A stretch of 64,000 nt of DNA from IMG/VR virus record IMGVR_UViG_2868597578_000002; one strand, 5' to 3'. This DNA comes from a virus. Its lineage: Duplodnaviria; Heunggongvirae; Uroviricota; Caudoviricetes. The position numbers and the translations under genes were made by a program. The notes under the pieces are model-generated. The model was given only the letters and a program-made list of their open reading frames with translations. It did no database searches and was not told the DNA's origin. This document shows positions 37,911-50,900 of the stretch, one piece after another; positions within the stretch are counted from its first letter, which is position 1, and each line of letters opens with the position of its first letter.

Positions 37911-40559
37911 ATGAGATATTTATATCTGGCGGAGAAGCCATCTGCTATGAAATCGGTGAAGGCTGCTTATAATGCAAGCAATAAGCCGCTCGGCGATATT
38001 GATTTTTTCGCTCTCGCCGGACATATCTGCCGTTTATGTGAACCAAAAGAATATGAAGACTGGGATGTAAAATGGGCAGACCGAAAGCTGCCAATGATTC
38101 CGAATCCGTTTAGGGTTGGAATCTTGACAGATAACAAAGTAAAAGACTTAAAAGAACAGCTAAAAAAAGTTAAATACGATGCAATCATTGTCGGCACCGA
38201 TAGTGATGTGGAAGGTAACGGAATCTATGACCTGATTGAAACTTACCTTGGGCTGCAGAATTATAAGACTTACCGATTTTTTGAATCTGACCTGACGCCG
38301 GCTGGAATCATGAAATCAATGAATAACCTGACAGATTATCATACAAATCCACGTGATGTAGGAATGACACAGTCTTTTAGAATCCGAAGCCGGTTCGACT
38401 GGCTGATTGGTTTTAATATGACTGTCGCATATACAGTGAAATCAGGTTTTTTGATGAAGGTTGGACGAGTTAAGGCGCCAACATTAAAACTCGTGTATGA
38501 CAACTGTAAGGCAATTGACGGATTTAGCTCTAAGACGGCATATCAGCCGGCAATCGTAACAGAAAACCCGGAAGTTACCGCATATATGATTGACGATGAA
38601 GGCAAGGCAATGTCTTATGCTGATAAAAATGAAGCCCAGAAAGTTCTGACTACATTAAGCGGTGAAGCGGAGGTGCTGAATTTTGAAAAAACAGCAAAGA
38701 AAACGCAGCCGGACCAGTTATATAAATTAACCGACATCCAGGTCGAAGCCGGTTCTAAGTATGGATATACCCCGGAAAAGACTCTGGAGCTGATTCAGTC
38801 TCTGTATGAAAGACATAAGCTTATTTCATATCCAAGAACTGATGGAAGGTATGTGTCTACCGAAAAATCAAAAGACTTTGCCAGATTACTGAAAGCGGTA
38901 GAGGCTATGCCGAGTCTTTCTGCAGCAGTAAAAACGGTTACTCCGGAAGCAATCGCTGCTGCACAGGGGAATAAACGATTTGTGAATGATGTTGAAGTGC
39001 AGAAATCCTCGCATGATGCGCTTATCCCGACAGGCGATACAGCAGCACTCGGTAATTTAACAATGGACGAAATGCATATCTGTGAAATGATTTTCAAAAG
39101 ATTTCTTGCAATATTCTTCCCTCCATTGGAAGAAGAGAAAACAAAAGCAGTGCTGACTGACAACAATATTAAGTTTTCCTGCACCGGCTCCAAAGTTGTG
39201 AATCCTGGCTTTACAGTCCTTACATCAAAGCCAAAGGAAGCACCGCTTCCAGACCTTAAAAAAGGGCAGAAATTAAAAGAAAAAGAAAAATCCCTGCACG
39301 AAATCATAAGCAAGCCGCCTGCGCGCTTTACACAGGCAACACTTATCAAAGCGATGGAGAATGTCCAGAAATACATGGCGGCTGATGAGACAGAGCTAAA
39401 GAAAGCAATGAAAAAAGCCGGAGGTATTGGCCAGCCGTCATCCAGAGCCGCAATTATTTCAGAACTGGTTTCTACTGGATATATTGATGACGTAAAGTCT
39501 GGGAAAGGAAAGGGCCTCCATATTACAGATTCCGGTAAACGTTACATAGAGAATCTTGGCAGCAGTTCTATTGTAAGCCCCGAACTTTCTGCACAGTGGG
39601 AAGTATATATGAATGATATACGTGAAGGCACCAAGACATATGATGAAGTCTATGAAAAGGTCATTGATTATGTATATCAGGCTTTAAAAGAACTGGAAGG
39701 GATGGAAATCCAGAAAGTGACTGCAGGAAACAGAAAAGAGGTCGGCAAATGCCCGAAATGCGGAGAACCAGTCGTTGCCCTGCCAAAAGGATACGGCTGC
39801 AGCGGTTATCCTGACTGTGATTTTTCCGTATTTAAACGTGTTGCAGGAACAGACCTTACAGATAGGGATATGGCGGATATGTTGAACGGAAAGGCTACGA
39901 GAGTTATGAGTTTCAAGAAGAAAGATGGGAGCACTTTCTCTGCCGCGTTAATACTAAATAAAGAACATAAAATTACATGGGCTCCATTTGAAAGTAAGAC
40001 AGACTTGACGTGTCCAAAGTGTGGAAAGCCTCTGGTTAAGACTCCTATGTCTTATAAATGTGATGACGACGAGTGCGGCTTCATATTCTGGACAAAAATC
40101 TGTGGAAAAACATTGACAGATACACAGGTGAAAAAATTACTTTCCGGGCAGTCTACCGGAGCAATCAAAGGATTTAAGAAAAAAGATGGTACATCCTTTA
40201 ATGCCAGTCTGATAATGAAAGATGGAAAACTGGAATGGGAACATAGCATTGCAAAAGATACCGGTCTCAAGTGTCCGAAATGCGGAAAGCCAATTGTTGC
40301 AACAGACAAGGCTTTCTCCTGCGCAGATAAAAAAGACGGTAAGTGCGATTTTCAGATTTGGAGAATGCTTCCAGGCGATAAGGTCGTATTGACAGAAAAA
40401 GATATGAAGGATTTGCTTGAAAAGAAAAAGACAGGCCTCAAAAAGGATTTGAAAAGTAAAGGTGGAAACACATTTAATGCCTATATAACCTTAAAAGACG
40501 ATTTTACAAGAGGTATGGAATTCGCAGACACAGAGAGAAAAAAGAAACCGCAAAAATAA
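37911..40559 (+). CDS. topB: DNA topoisomerase III (type IA) with C-terminal zinc ribbons
   Basis: Toprim YLYLAEKPS. Acidic VGTDSDVEGNGI. Active-site Tyr in LISYPRTDGRY. Three or more C-terminal CPKCG...C zinc-ribbon repeats. Confidence 0.85.
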   Translation: MRYLYLAEKPSAMKSVKAAYNASNKPLGDIDFFALAGHICRLCEPKEYEDWDVKWADRKLPMIPNPFRVGILTDNKVKDLKEQLKKVKYDAIIVGTDSDVEGNGIYDLIETYLGLQNYKTYRFFESDLTPAGIMKSMNNLTDYHTNPRDVGMTQSFRIRSRFDWLIGFNMTVAYTVKSGFLMKVGRVKAPTLKLVYDNCKAIDGFSSKTAYQPAIVTENPEVTAYMIDDEGKAMSYADKNEAQKVLTTLSGEAEVLNFEKTAKKTQPDQLYKLTDIQVEAGSKYGYTPEKTLELIQSLYERHKLISYPRTDGRYVSTEKSKDFARLLKAVEAMPSLSAAVKTVTPEAIAAAQGNKRFVNDVEVQKSSHDALIPTGDTAALGNLTMDEMHICEMIFKRFLAIFFPPLEEEKTKAVLTDNNIKFSCTGSKVVNPGFTVLTSKPKEAPLPDLKKGQKLKEKEKSLHEIISKPPARFTQATLIKAMENVQKYMAADETELKKAMKKAGGIGQPSSRAAIISELVSTGYIDDVKSGKGKGLHITDSGKRYIENLGSSSIVSPELSAQWEVYMNDIREGTKTYDEVYEKVIDYVYQALKELEGMEIQKVTAGNRKEVGKCPKCGEPVVALPKGYGCSGYPDCDFSVFKRVAGTDLTDRDMADMLNGKATRVMSFKKKDGSTFSAALILNKEHKITWAPFESKTDLTCPKCGKPLVKTPMSYKCDDDECGFIFWTKICGKTLTDTQVKKLLSGQSTGAIKGFKKKDGTSFNASLIMKDGKLEWEHSIAKDTGLKCPKCGKPIVATDKAFSCADKKDGKCDFQIWRMLPGDKVVLTEKDMKDLLEKKKTGLKKDLKSKGGNTFNAYITLKDDFTRGMEFADTERKKKPQK

Positions 40560-40623
40560 TATCATCGAAAAAAAATTCAGCATACTGGTTTTGCAGAAAG
40601 GACAGGAAAGGAGCATATCATCA

Positions 40624-42819
40624 ATGATTCCAGTAAGAGGTAGGATTGTCGATTTTTTAATAGACCGTTGTAGTGACGGGTATGCTGAATTTTTATTTAA
40701 AAGTGATTACGATAAAGACTGCCCGCGATTTGAAGCGTTGTGCGCCGGAAAAATCCCGGATGTTGTCCCAGGTGTCCCGATTACTACAGAATTTGCAGCA
40801 GATAATATGGACAAGATTTTGAAGATAGATTTTCGTGAATTGAAGATTGAAAAAATTACAAAATATGTAAAAGAAAAATACATGAACCGAGTCGCATATA
40901 CGTGTATTAATTATAACGACGAAGAATACGCAAAAACGCTATTGGTGAAGGTGAAAGGAATATCAAGTAAAACTGCAAACCGAATACTGGATGCTGTTGA
41001 TGGTGACATAAGCAGGCTTTCTGATGTGTGGAATGACAAGGAATTCTGGAAAGGACTGAAGGGCTCAAAGCGTTACTTGTCTGAACTTAAAGAGACAGTG
41101 GGAGCGATGATGGAAAAAGACCATCTCGTAAAAAAGTATCAAAAGTATGGAATCGGGTATCCGCAAATAGATATGCTGACTGCATGGTATGGGCTGGAAG
41201 CAGAAGAAAAGTTGTGTCAGAACCCTTATGCTGTCTTGCAAAAAATGGAACTGGATTTTCAGGTCGCAGATAATTTTGCAAAGGACCTCGGCTTTGGATA
41301 TTTGTCTACAGAACGGGTCAGGTCAATGATATATCAGGTATTGGTAAATAACGAACAGTCTGGAAACACAGCAATCAAATTGAAAGATTTTTATATCAAT
41401 TGCGCGAGGCTTCATCGATATTCAGCATGGAAGGATTATGTTGTGTCTCCATATTACATTTTGGCGACTCTTGTAGATATGAAGAGCGTGTATTGTGAAA
41501 ATGGCATGCTTGGGTTTATCCGGACAATGGATAAGGAGGCCGATATCGCGTTCCAGATTAGCAGGTTGATGCAGATAAATACCGAGATGGGAACAAAGGA
41601 AGATGTATTTGAATCTATCAAAGATAAATACAATAAAGAACAGCTCGAATTTCTGAAAAGTTTTGATAAAAACAGTGTTGTTTTGCTCCTTGGACGAGGC
41701 GGAACCGGGAAAACGCATACAATCTGTGGCGCTATTGACCTTTTTAAAAAAAGATACCCAGACGAAGAGATACGGCTATGCGCACCAACTGCACGTGCAG
41801 CAGGTGTGCTGAAAGAGCATTCAGGGCATGAGTCTTCAACAATACATATAATGCTTGAGTTGAATCCATATATGCCGGATGATGCCGGTAAGAATGAAGA
41901 AAACCCATTAAATGAAAAACTTATTATAGTTGATGAAATGTCGATGGTAGATACAGACCTGATATATCATCTTTTGAAAGCTGTCAAATCAGGTGCAAAA
42001 CTGATTCTAAGCGGAGACCCTGACCAGCTTGAAAGTGTTGGATGCGGTGCAGTTTTAAGAGATATGATTGATTCAGACGTTATACCAAAGGTGAAACTCA
42101 AAAAAATCATGCGTCAGGGAGAAGGCTCAGCGGTTATTGATAACTGCGGGAAAGTGCTTGCTGGCAAGAGCAATTTCATTGAAAATGAATCATTTGTGGT
42201 AAGAACATGTAAGTCGGAAGAGGAAGCCAGGGCCTATTTAAAATCACGGTATCACGGCGACCCTCACAATACGCAGATTTTATCCACGACCAAAAAGGGC
42301 GTGGTCGGTACGATGGCTTTAAATAAAGAATTTGAGGATGTGGAGCAACCCGGTATCTGGTTTCACGGAGACCATTTTAAGATTGGAGACAAGGTTGTTT
42401 TTACAAAAAATAATTACGATTCCGGGTATTGTAATGGTGATATTGGATTTATTGAAACGCTGACAAATCCAGTTAAAGTCAGGATGCAGGGTGAAGATAA
42501 AGTAATAGATATAAACAAAGATGATGCGGTGGACATGGAACACGCAGATGCGATTACCATCCATAAGAGCCAGGGAAGCGAATATAATGATATTTATATT
42601 ATGCTCCCGGACAAGCCGGTTTCATTGTTAACAAGGAATATGGTGAATACAGCGATTTCCAGGGCGCGCAAGAGCGTTGTTCTTATAGTGGTTAATGACG
42701 CTTTACAGACTGCAGCAAGTAATCGTTTTAAGAGGAACAGGATAACAAGATTAAAAGAAAAATTAAAAAACATGGGGGAAATAATATGTCCAGAGGAAGA
42801 AAAAAAAGCAGAAAAGTGA
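40624..42819 (+). CDS. RecD2-like SF1 DNA helicase (RecD/TraA family)
   Basis: N-terminal domain with HhH (GISSKTANRILDAV). Walker A LLLGRGGTGKTHT. Walker B IIVDEMSMVD. LILSGDPDQLESVG. C-terminal IHKSQGSEY. Confidence 0.8.
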   Translation: MIPVRGRIVDFLIDRCSDGYAEFLFKSDYDKDCPRFEALCAGKIPDVVPGVPITTEFAADNMDKILKIDFRELKIEKITKYVKEKYMNRVAYTCINYNDEEYAKTLLVKVKGISSKTANRILDAVDGDISRLSDVWNDKEFWKGLKGSKRYLSELKETVGAMMEKDHLVKKYQKYGIGYPQIDMLTAWYGLEAEEKLCQNPYAVLQKMELDFQVADNFAKDLGFGYLSTERVRSMIYQVLVNNEQSGNTAIKLKDFYINCARLHRYSAWKDYVVSPYYILATLVDMKSVYCENGMLGFIRTMDKEADIAFQISRLMQINTEMGTKEDVFESIKDKYNKEQLEFLKSFDKNSVVLLLGRGGTGKTHTICGAIDLFKKRYPDEEIRLCAPTARAAGVLKEHSGHESSTIHIMLELNPYMPDDAGKNEENPLNEKLIIVDEMSMVDTDLIYHLLKAVKSGAKLILSGDPDQLESVGCGAVLRDMIDSDVIPKVKLKKIMRQGEGSAVIDNCGKVLAGKSNFIENESFVVRTCKSEEEARAYLKSRYHGDPHNTQILSTTKKGVVGTMALNKEFEDVEQPGIWFHGDHFKIGDKVVFTKNNYDSGYCNGDIGFIETLTNPVKVRMQGEDKVIDINKDDAVDMEHADAITIHKSQGSEYNDIYIMLPDKPVSLLTRNMVNTAISRARKSVVLIVVNDALQTAASNRFKRNRITRLKEKLKNMGEIICPEEEKKAEK

Positions 42820-43310
42820 TTAATCCATTGGTAGAGCATATAGCTGATTATTCAGACATGGAGTTTGTTGATAATGAGAGCGGAGAGGCTCTTATTGCAT
42901 CTCATGCGCAGGCAAAGATTGATAAAAAGTGCGAAGACGAAACGGACCGCATGTGGATGTATAAAGATAACAGAGATGATGAGATTGTTGATGAAGATGA
43001 ATCCACAGAAGACGACCTCTGGAGTGACGAAGATAAGAAAGAAAAAGAAAGAAAAAAATCAGAAAAAAGAACTGCACAGGTAGCTGCAGCGGAGGAAAAA
43101 GTAAAACAATATATGGATGCGGCTGTATGGTTTAAAGATATAAGTGAAAGAGGGGAGATGACAGAAAAGGAACAAAGATATGTTGAACTTATGATAATTG
43201 AATTGTCGAAATTCTATTTTTCAAATCTGGACACGCTGCATCCAAGCTCAAAATGCAGAGAGTCAATTTGTAAGATTTTCGAAGACATAAGGAGGACAGG
43301 GATGTGTTGA
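42786..43310 (+). CDS. Acidic hypothetical protein (174 aa)
   Basis: RBS gggggaaataatATG. D/E-rich. Confidence 0.4.
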   Translation: MSRGRKKSRKVINPLVEHIADYSDMEFVDNESGEALIASHAQAKIDKKCEDETDRMWMYKDNRDDEIVDEDESTEDDLWSDEDKKEKERKKSEKRTAQVAAAEEKVKQYMDAAVWFKDISERGEMTEKEQRYVELMIIELSKFYFSNLDTLHPSSKCRESICKIFEDIRRTGMC

Positions 43311-44128
43311 GAATATTAAAATCGTTGCTTGCTGAGTCTTCTTATTTCTTTGAAAAATATTTTGGTGCAACGTCAATCGCATGGTCTGTTATTTTTGTCG
43401 CTTTTTGTTCGGCAGTGATTATCGGGTCAACTGTGAAGGGACTATTTTGGGTAATAGAGATAAAAAAGAATAAAAAAAAGACGGAAGCAGCAAAAGTAAA
43501 TTTATTCTTTCCGGTGTATATTGGAATCATGTTGTTAATCACGTATTTTATAAATTATCTTGTTAATACAGCGTATACATGGAACAGTAAGCTACAGCGC
43601 GTGATGTCGAATTTTGAATACGTGCTGTCATTTAAAACAAACCGCCATGCGTTTTTATTTGCATTAAATTTGCCAGACAATGTACAGAATAAAAAATCAT
43701 TGTTTAAAATGGCGCTGTATTTAAACGATAAGCAGTGGGATTCTGTTTTTAATAATACAGGAGAAGGTGCATGGTATTTCGAAAAAGTAAAAAAAGCCAT
43801 TTTTGAAATTTTACATGTAGGAGACTGTCATTTAATGTTAAGCCCATTGCAGCAAGGATGGTTGGCGTATCTTCCAATTGCAGGGATGCTAATTGTGTTG
43901 TTTATCTTTCTATTGAAAAGAAATTGGGCAAATACTTTAGTTTCTGCTGTTGCTTGCATTTCAGGACTGTTCGTGAATATGGGCGCAAGTATTTTTATGC
44001 TAAGCGCAATGTGCTTTGGAGTGATATGGGCTATAGCGCTAGATACAGCAATGAAACAAAGTATTTACGAAGGGCGAAAATCCCTGGCTGACAAAAAGCC
44101 GTCCGTGGGTCAAAGGTTCAGGTCTTAA
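43304..44128 (+). CDS. Polytopic membrane hypothetical protein
   Basis: TTG start after RBS aggagga. Multiple TM helices. The 3' end is built from a family-2 repeat copy (…ADKKPSVGQRFRS*). Confidence 0.4.
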   Translation: MLRILKSLLAESSYFFEKYFGATSIAWSVIFVAFCSAVIIGSTVKGLFWVIEIKKNKKKTEAAKVNLFFPVYIGIMLLITYFINYLVNTAYTWNSKLQRVMSNFEYVLSFKTNRHAFLFALNLPDNVQNKKSLFKMALYLNDKQWDSVFNNTGEGAWYFEKVKKAIFEILHVGDCHLMLSPLQQGWLAYLPIAGMLIVLFIFLLKRNWANTLVSAVACISGLFVNMGASIFMLSAMCFGVIWAIALDTAMKQSIYEGRKSLADKKPSVGQRFRS

Positions 44129-44345
44129 CTTCGCACGCGGGTCTGAATCCCCATTCGTGCATTACACTCAGCCTTGCGGCTTCGTTTGTCAGTCTCTGCG
44201 AGGCTTGGGAACGAGCCGGAACGGCGAGATATCAATTTTAATCTCTGCACTCAGCCTTACGGCTTCGCTTGTCAGCGGCAAAAACCGCTTGGTAACGACT
44301 CCGACGAAGCCGGCGAGTTATCGAGATAGCAAAAACGAAAAAAAT
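44085..44345. repeat. Composite repeat block: family-2 copy plus two module-E/family-1 copies
   Basis: gacaaaaagccgtccgtgggtcaa...cttaacttcgcac. Then tcagccttgcggcttcgtttgtcagtctctgcgaggcttgg...gagatatcaattttaatctctgcactcagccttacggcttcgcttgtcagcggcaaaaaccgcttggtaacgactccgacgaagccggcgagttatcgagat. Confidence 0.6.
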
Positions 44346-44529
44346 AAGGAAGGAGAGAGATGAGGACGAAGTCTTATCTTTCTCTTTTTTTTGCGCACAG
44401 AATGCATTCGTTTTTTAAAAAATTTAGCATATTAGAATAAGCGGTAATTAATTCCTGTTTCTGAAATAGCAACAGGGACAACCACAAAATGCAAAAAAAA
44501 GAAAAAGCAAAGGCAAGGAGGAAAGGAAA

Positions 44530-44946
44530 TTGACAAAATACAGTGATTTGCCAGAAGCAAAATCTGCACTCATTGCTGATAAAGAAATTATACAGACTTT
44601 ATTTCGTTCAGGCTATGAATACCTGATTTTGAATCTATACGATGAGGTCTACACGACTCCGGAGATATACGACTATTTTGCGAAGAACCTGGATTTAGAC
44701 AGTCTAAAGATATTCAGGGGCGAAATCAAAAGAGCAGAGCTTATAACGAGTAAGATAGTTCTCCGAAGTATTATCGGAAATGATGAAATATTATCGGAAG
44801 ATGAAGCATATGCAATACTTTATGCAATGACAAATAAAATTGATGTGATTTTGGATGACCCGAGAAAATACGAGATGTTCAAAGGTCGTAATATCCATAC
44901 ACTAAGGCTGTCGGAGATTATTGCAGCAGCAAAAAATTCAGATTAA
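44530..44946 (+). CDS. Hypothetical protein (138 aa, TTG start)
   Basis: RBS aaggaggaaaggaaatTTG. GCATATT motif at 44427-44433. Confidence 0.4.
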   Translation: MTKYSDLPEAKSALIADKEIIQTLFRSGYEYLILNLYDEVYTTPEIYDYFAKNLDLDSLKIFRGEIKRAELITSKIVLRSIIGNDEILSEDEAYAILYAMTNKIDVILDDPRKYEMFKGRNIHTLRLSEIIAAAKNSD

Positions 44947-44951
44947 GGGAG

Positions 44952-47900
44952 GTGAAAAGGATGTTGCCAAAAGAAGAATATATAAGCTTATTGGCCAATC
45001 TGTTTCAGAGAGGTTTATGTCTGGATATGATAGATATAGACGGAAAACAGGATTCCCCAGATATATCAGACGAGGAAAGGATTAGCTTTAAAGCGGCAGA
45101 TGAGGCTTTAAGCAGAGTTGACCTGGATGAACTTTTTGATAATGCGGAAATTTTAGAAATTCCAGATAAGTATCCGGAATTTTATGAATATCTGCGAGAA
45201 CTTCAGCTTGAGAGACAAGAAGATGGACATGGTGAAAGAACCATTGAGGATGTCTCTGCAGATGAAGAGGTAGAAGAGGGCGAAGAGGAGCCAGGACCGG
45301 AAGAGCCACAGGGGCTTTCAACGAAAGACCGAGTTTTAAAGAATATCGTAGATGGAGAACATACCGGAAACCAGAGAGACAGTGAGAAATACCGAAAAGG
45401 TGACGAGATGCGGGCTCGTCTTGACGAAGAACGCCGTGAAGCATTGTCTCGTGCTGCGGAACAGGAGCGATATGATAATGAACATCGTATGTCTCTGGAA
45501 TCCAAACTTGAAGACGAACGTGGAGAGGCCATAGCCAGGGCTGAAGAACAGCAACGGCAAAGAGAAGCTTTAAGGCAAAAGGAACTGGCTGAGAGACCTG
45601 AAACAACTGTTAATATTACAAGTATACACGATAAGAGTAAAAGTGCAGATGGTGTTACAAATGTGGTGAAAGGTAATATTCCAGACGAATCGACAAAACA
45701 CAATGAGAGTAAAACTCAGTATTATGAACCAGATACGTTTAACGAAGAACGGGAAATCCATGACCGGCAAGAATCCGCCCATGAGTCAAATACTTCAATT
45801 TTAACTTCTCACGAGGGGTTGAATCCACGTTCAGCGTCTGGGTACGAGCGCGAAGCTCGAACTATCAATAAGCCGTCTGATTTGTATCAGCAGATGCAGA
45901 CCAAGGACAATGACACATTATCAGATGCACAAGACAGGTCGCATAAGTATGATAAGAGAGATGAAAGGCCGGAGCCTGAAAAGAAAGATAATAACAGGTC
46001 TGCGACAAATGAGTATTCTTCTCGTATCACAAATGACTATGCGGAAAAAGATTCCCATATTACAGAAGACATAAATAGAACTGGTCCTCAAGTATTTGAA
46101 CCAAAGCGGGAAAATGTAGAACAAATATCTGGTCATGAAGAACTTAACACGAAAAGCGCTCAGGATGTAAGTCATGTTGTAAAAGGAGATACTTATTCTG
46201 ATTTTTTTGAACAGGACAGACCCGAGGTAAGGGATGAAAGAAATCGTGCAGACGTTCATAACGAATCAAGGTGCCAGTCATCGCGGGGAATCCGTGAGGG
46301 TTCGGTGGGTGCTGGCATACTTGACAGGAAGAAGGCTGAGGATACGGCTCAATATCATTCAGAGGCAGGCTCAGAAGCGGCAGTAGATAATACAAGAAGG
46401 ACTGAATCGGAAAACAAATATATATCTGATTCGTATGAAAAGTCTGGACAAAGAGATACCGGTGAAACTTATAAGCGCCATCAATATGACGAAGGTTATG
46501 GTGGTACTGATAAGGAAAACCGTTTATATGAAGCTGAGAATAGCCATACAAATCGCAATACTGAAAGGGTTGGGCCAAATCAAGGCAGTGAATATAACGA
46601 AGGTTTTATATACAAGAAGGATGCCGGTATAAACAAACACACGGAGTCAGAGGGCTCTATTGTAGAAAAACGCAGAGAGCATGACACAGAAGATTATAGA
46701 AGCACACAGGGATTCGATAAGCCTAATAGCAGTGAACCGTATAAAGCGAGCAGCATTCCTCAGCATGAAAAGGAATCAGTATATGACGGGAATGCCATCA
46801 GTAATCCAGACTCAGGAAACGCATCAAATGGAACCGCACAATATAAAAGAGAAGCATCAGAAAGTAAAAAATACATTAATGATTCATATGAGCAGGCTGG
46901 ACAACGGGAATCTGCTGATATTCAATCTCACAAGGGTACCGGTGAGGATACATACGCATCGTTTAAACCCAAGACATATGATTCGGTGAACTTGCGTTCA
47001 CCTTCACCAGACGTGGACGGGGTTTCTAGCTCCACGTACACGTCTGGTGACCTCCAGACCGACGGGCAACCGAAGGTTAACCGCGGTTTCCCGTCCATCG
47101 ATGATGCTACTAAGAATGAAGACCAATCTTCGTCATTCGTAGCACGGAATGAAAGAAGAACCTATGACGCCACAGCGAATAGTACAGACAGCATCGCCAG
47201 AAAAGAAAATGGAGATTCACACTCTGTCTTAAACTCTGGCGCAGATAAACGTCCGTCTGCTGAACCGGCTTCAGAAAATGCAAAAAGATATGTAGGCAGT
47301 TCATATGAAATGGCTGGACAGAAAGAAGCCGAGCGTAAAGACCGTGGTTATGAAAATCTGGAAAGACAGGGGCTTGTGGATAAGCCTACAGGAAGTGTGC
47401 AGCCACCATTCTCTGACGGAATTGGAGAAGTAGAAAAAAAATATGAAAAGAGTAGTACAAGAGAAATTAGTGCATCAGAGGTGACATCTAGGCGTCAATC
47501 TGCAGTAGATGATTTATCTAAAAGTGAAAGGTTCCAGGCCGATAACATTGTCCGAAGACCAATCTCTCAGATGCCAGATTCACATACTGCCTCGAATCAA
47601 TATCCAGGACTAGATGGGGACAGTCACCAGCCTTCCGAAGCAAAAGCAATGGTGTATGACCGGCAGCAAGATGTAGGTAACCATCGGGATGAAAAGCCTG
47701 GAGCGAGTGTTGTTGAAGAGGTTCTCAGGAATAGGGCTGCTAATCAAGAAAATCAAGATGCGGATAGGCCGTCTGGCGGCATCACTGAACGAAAGCAGAC
47801 ATATAGCAGGGATTCATATGAATCTTCAGGACAGGCCCCAGTAGATGAGAAGAGGAAAGAACCATACGGCCAAGGAGAGACCTATAGCTACGTTGGCAGA

Positions 47901-50900
47901 AAGGATGGACAGGCTGACAGAAAAGTCGCCGAAAACCGTGTCTTAAAGTCTGATAAAACTGATGTGGTGTATCCACAAAAGAGAAGTTCTTCGGTTGCGA
48001 GTGAAAGTAAAAATGGCCTTCAATCTATCAAAAAAAAGGACGAAACGAAAGTTATTGAAATCCCAGTACCGTCAGGCTCAGGCCAGACGCATACTGTACG
48101 AGGTGCTGTTGCCGGAGCTGCAGCTGTAACTGCAGTAGCAGCCGCGTTAGCGGCAAGAGAAGCTGCAAAGGCCACCTCTGATGCCGCAAAGACTGCTACA
48201 GACAAAGCGGAAGGTATGGTGATGCTGAAAGATACATCAATCATGTCGGCTAGCGAACTTGCTGCATATGCCAGTGCAGTGAACAGTGCGCAGGCAGCAA
48301 CGCAGATAAGCGGAAAACAAATTGCCGATTCCTATGCTTTGGCAGGTCAGGCTGATGCAGAAACGATAAAGATGAATGTAGAGCAGGCCCTTGCAAATGC
48401 GAGAGAGATAGCAGCGGGGACTCGCTCCGGATTGAACGTTCCAGGTGCTATATCTGGCCCAGTGGGGCCAGCCTCATCTGGTGCAACACAGAATTTTAAT
48501 ATAACGAGACCGTCTATACATACACTGGGAATTCCAGGCGTCGTAAAGAACTCAAATTTCACAGACGTTGGGATGTTTGTCCTAAAAGAAGGAAATCAGG
48601 TAACTATATCCAGAAATGGAAAATCAAAAAGATACACAGTCCGTTCTGACGGGACTATCAGAATAGATGGAATTGTATTGAACGTATATTCAGTAGACAA
48701 AGACAGAGCTTTTGTTGGTTGGAAAAACGCGGCTGTATATGGCGGCAAGATTTATACGGCTACAGGCACTGTCCTTGATATAAGTACGGATGGAAGCATA
48801 GGAACGACCAAAACGTTGGCTGGCCTGGAATTCCATATTAAAAGAGATGTTAAGGTCAATGCAAGACAAATGACAATGGCGATGACAATAGCCCCGGCAT
48901 TAAACCAGCCTATTACAGACGCAGATTTTGTGAAAGTTGGAGATAAGTTTATATCAAACAAAGTAACAGAATCGTATAGTGGACTTTTATACCAGAAAGC
49001 ATTAAACAAAGGCAAAGTCTCTCAACTTATTTTTAAACAAAAAATGGCAATGCATTCAGTCTTTCGAGCACAGCTGCTTGCAGGTGCAGCAGCTAATATG
49101 AAGTCGATTGATTTGAAATTAGACCTAAATACGCTGGTTGCAAATTACGATAAAATATTGACATCAATCAGTGGAAACAGCAAGCAGTTTTATCAAATGA
49201 ATGTGTTTTTGGAAACACGCTATTTGAGCGATATTGAACGTCAATATCTGTTTGACGCAAAGGCAAAACTTAAACACCTTGGTCTTACTGAGAATACAGA
49301 TACATTAAAAGAACTTCTGGCTGGCGGCGGATTGTCTCCAGAAGCAGCAAGTGCAATAACGGATTATCTGAATGTATATGAAAATACAAGAGAAAAAATT
49401 ATACGAAAGGGTGTGCTCGGGGACCAGAGCGTAGGCGATTTCAAAGTAGAAAGAGCGTTTTATGCTGCTGCGCTGCCATATGTGCTTCAGGCAAGGGGGC
49501 TTCCATCAGATAAAAAGGCGTTAAAAAAATTATTAAAAGCAGGAACAACTTCAAAAGAAACGAAAGAGTTGATAAGAAATGTATTTAAACTGCAAAGAAG
49601 GATGTTTTTGCTTAATTTGACAGAAACAACATTAACGGCATATGCCAAAGGTGCTGTCAAAGCGGTTAAAAATGGATACCGAAAAATAAAATCATTGGCT
49701 AATAGATATATGGGCGATGATTATACGATGCGAGGACTCCTCATGATGGAGTCAATCATTGTTGGCTCTGCTATGAAAGCGTATCGTACATCAAGAAAAA
49801 TAAAATGGATGAGAGAGAACGCTGGAAGGTTGCTAAATTCCTCAATCAGGCTTGGAAAGTCAATAGGGAATGCTGCGGTCGCAGGATATAGAGGTGCAAA
49901 AGCCGGTATTCATGCAGTTCATATGGGCGGAAGAGCGGCGAGAAAAGGCTTCCAGTATCTTAGAAAAAACGGACTTAAAAAAACGCTAAAAAAAGGTGTA
50001 AAAAAATTACGGATGAAAGGCACGAAAGTTGTCAGAAAAGGCGTTTTAAAAGTTGCCAAAGTAGCGCAAAAGGCCGCGATTAAAGCAATCCAGGCTGCGA
50101 TAAAGTTGATACAGACATTGATTTCAGCATTAGTAGCAGCATTAGGGCCTATAATCATAGCATTGATTATTGTATTGGCAATCATCCTTTGCATTATTTC
50201 ATATGTGAAGAACGCAGGAAATGAAGTCTATTATGATGCAGGCGATGAAGACACTACTGAAGTTTTACAAGAAATGGTTGACGTCTTAACCTTGTGTCAC
50301 AATTCGTTCAGAAGTGAATTATCGAATCATTTTGGTGGAACGTCAAGCACAGGCTCGGCGTCTGGTACAGATGGCTCAACGATGAATGCACCACAGCTAC
50401 AAAAGGGTGATAGTTCTAAGGTTCAGGGGTTATATGATGTGACTGAGGGGACCTGGTGGAATTATGAGTTTACATACCAATATATTCATGGTAATTGGGC
50501 TTCCGGAACACGGCAACAGGCGTTGGATAACAAGGTAACAGTTGAAGGCAATGGAAATTACGCTGTCGTCGACCAGAACGGAACAAAGATGTATATGGCG
50601 GCTTTTGGCTCGTATTGGGGAAAAGTAGGAGATGTCCTTAAAGTGGAATTTAATAACGAATTCACAATAGGCAGTCAGCCTGCATCCAATACTATGTACA
50701 TTATTATTGCGGATGAAAAGGCTTGGAAAGATACTGGTTATCCAGCAGAGCAAGAAGGAATATATGGACATCACTTAGGAAGCCACCGAGATTTTGCAGA
50801 ATTTATTGGTTATGGCTCTAAACCTGCAGGATTGAATGGAAATGGATTGATTCCTACTACTGCAACAAATATGGGAAGCATCCTGGATGGGACATTTGAT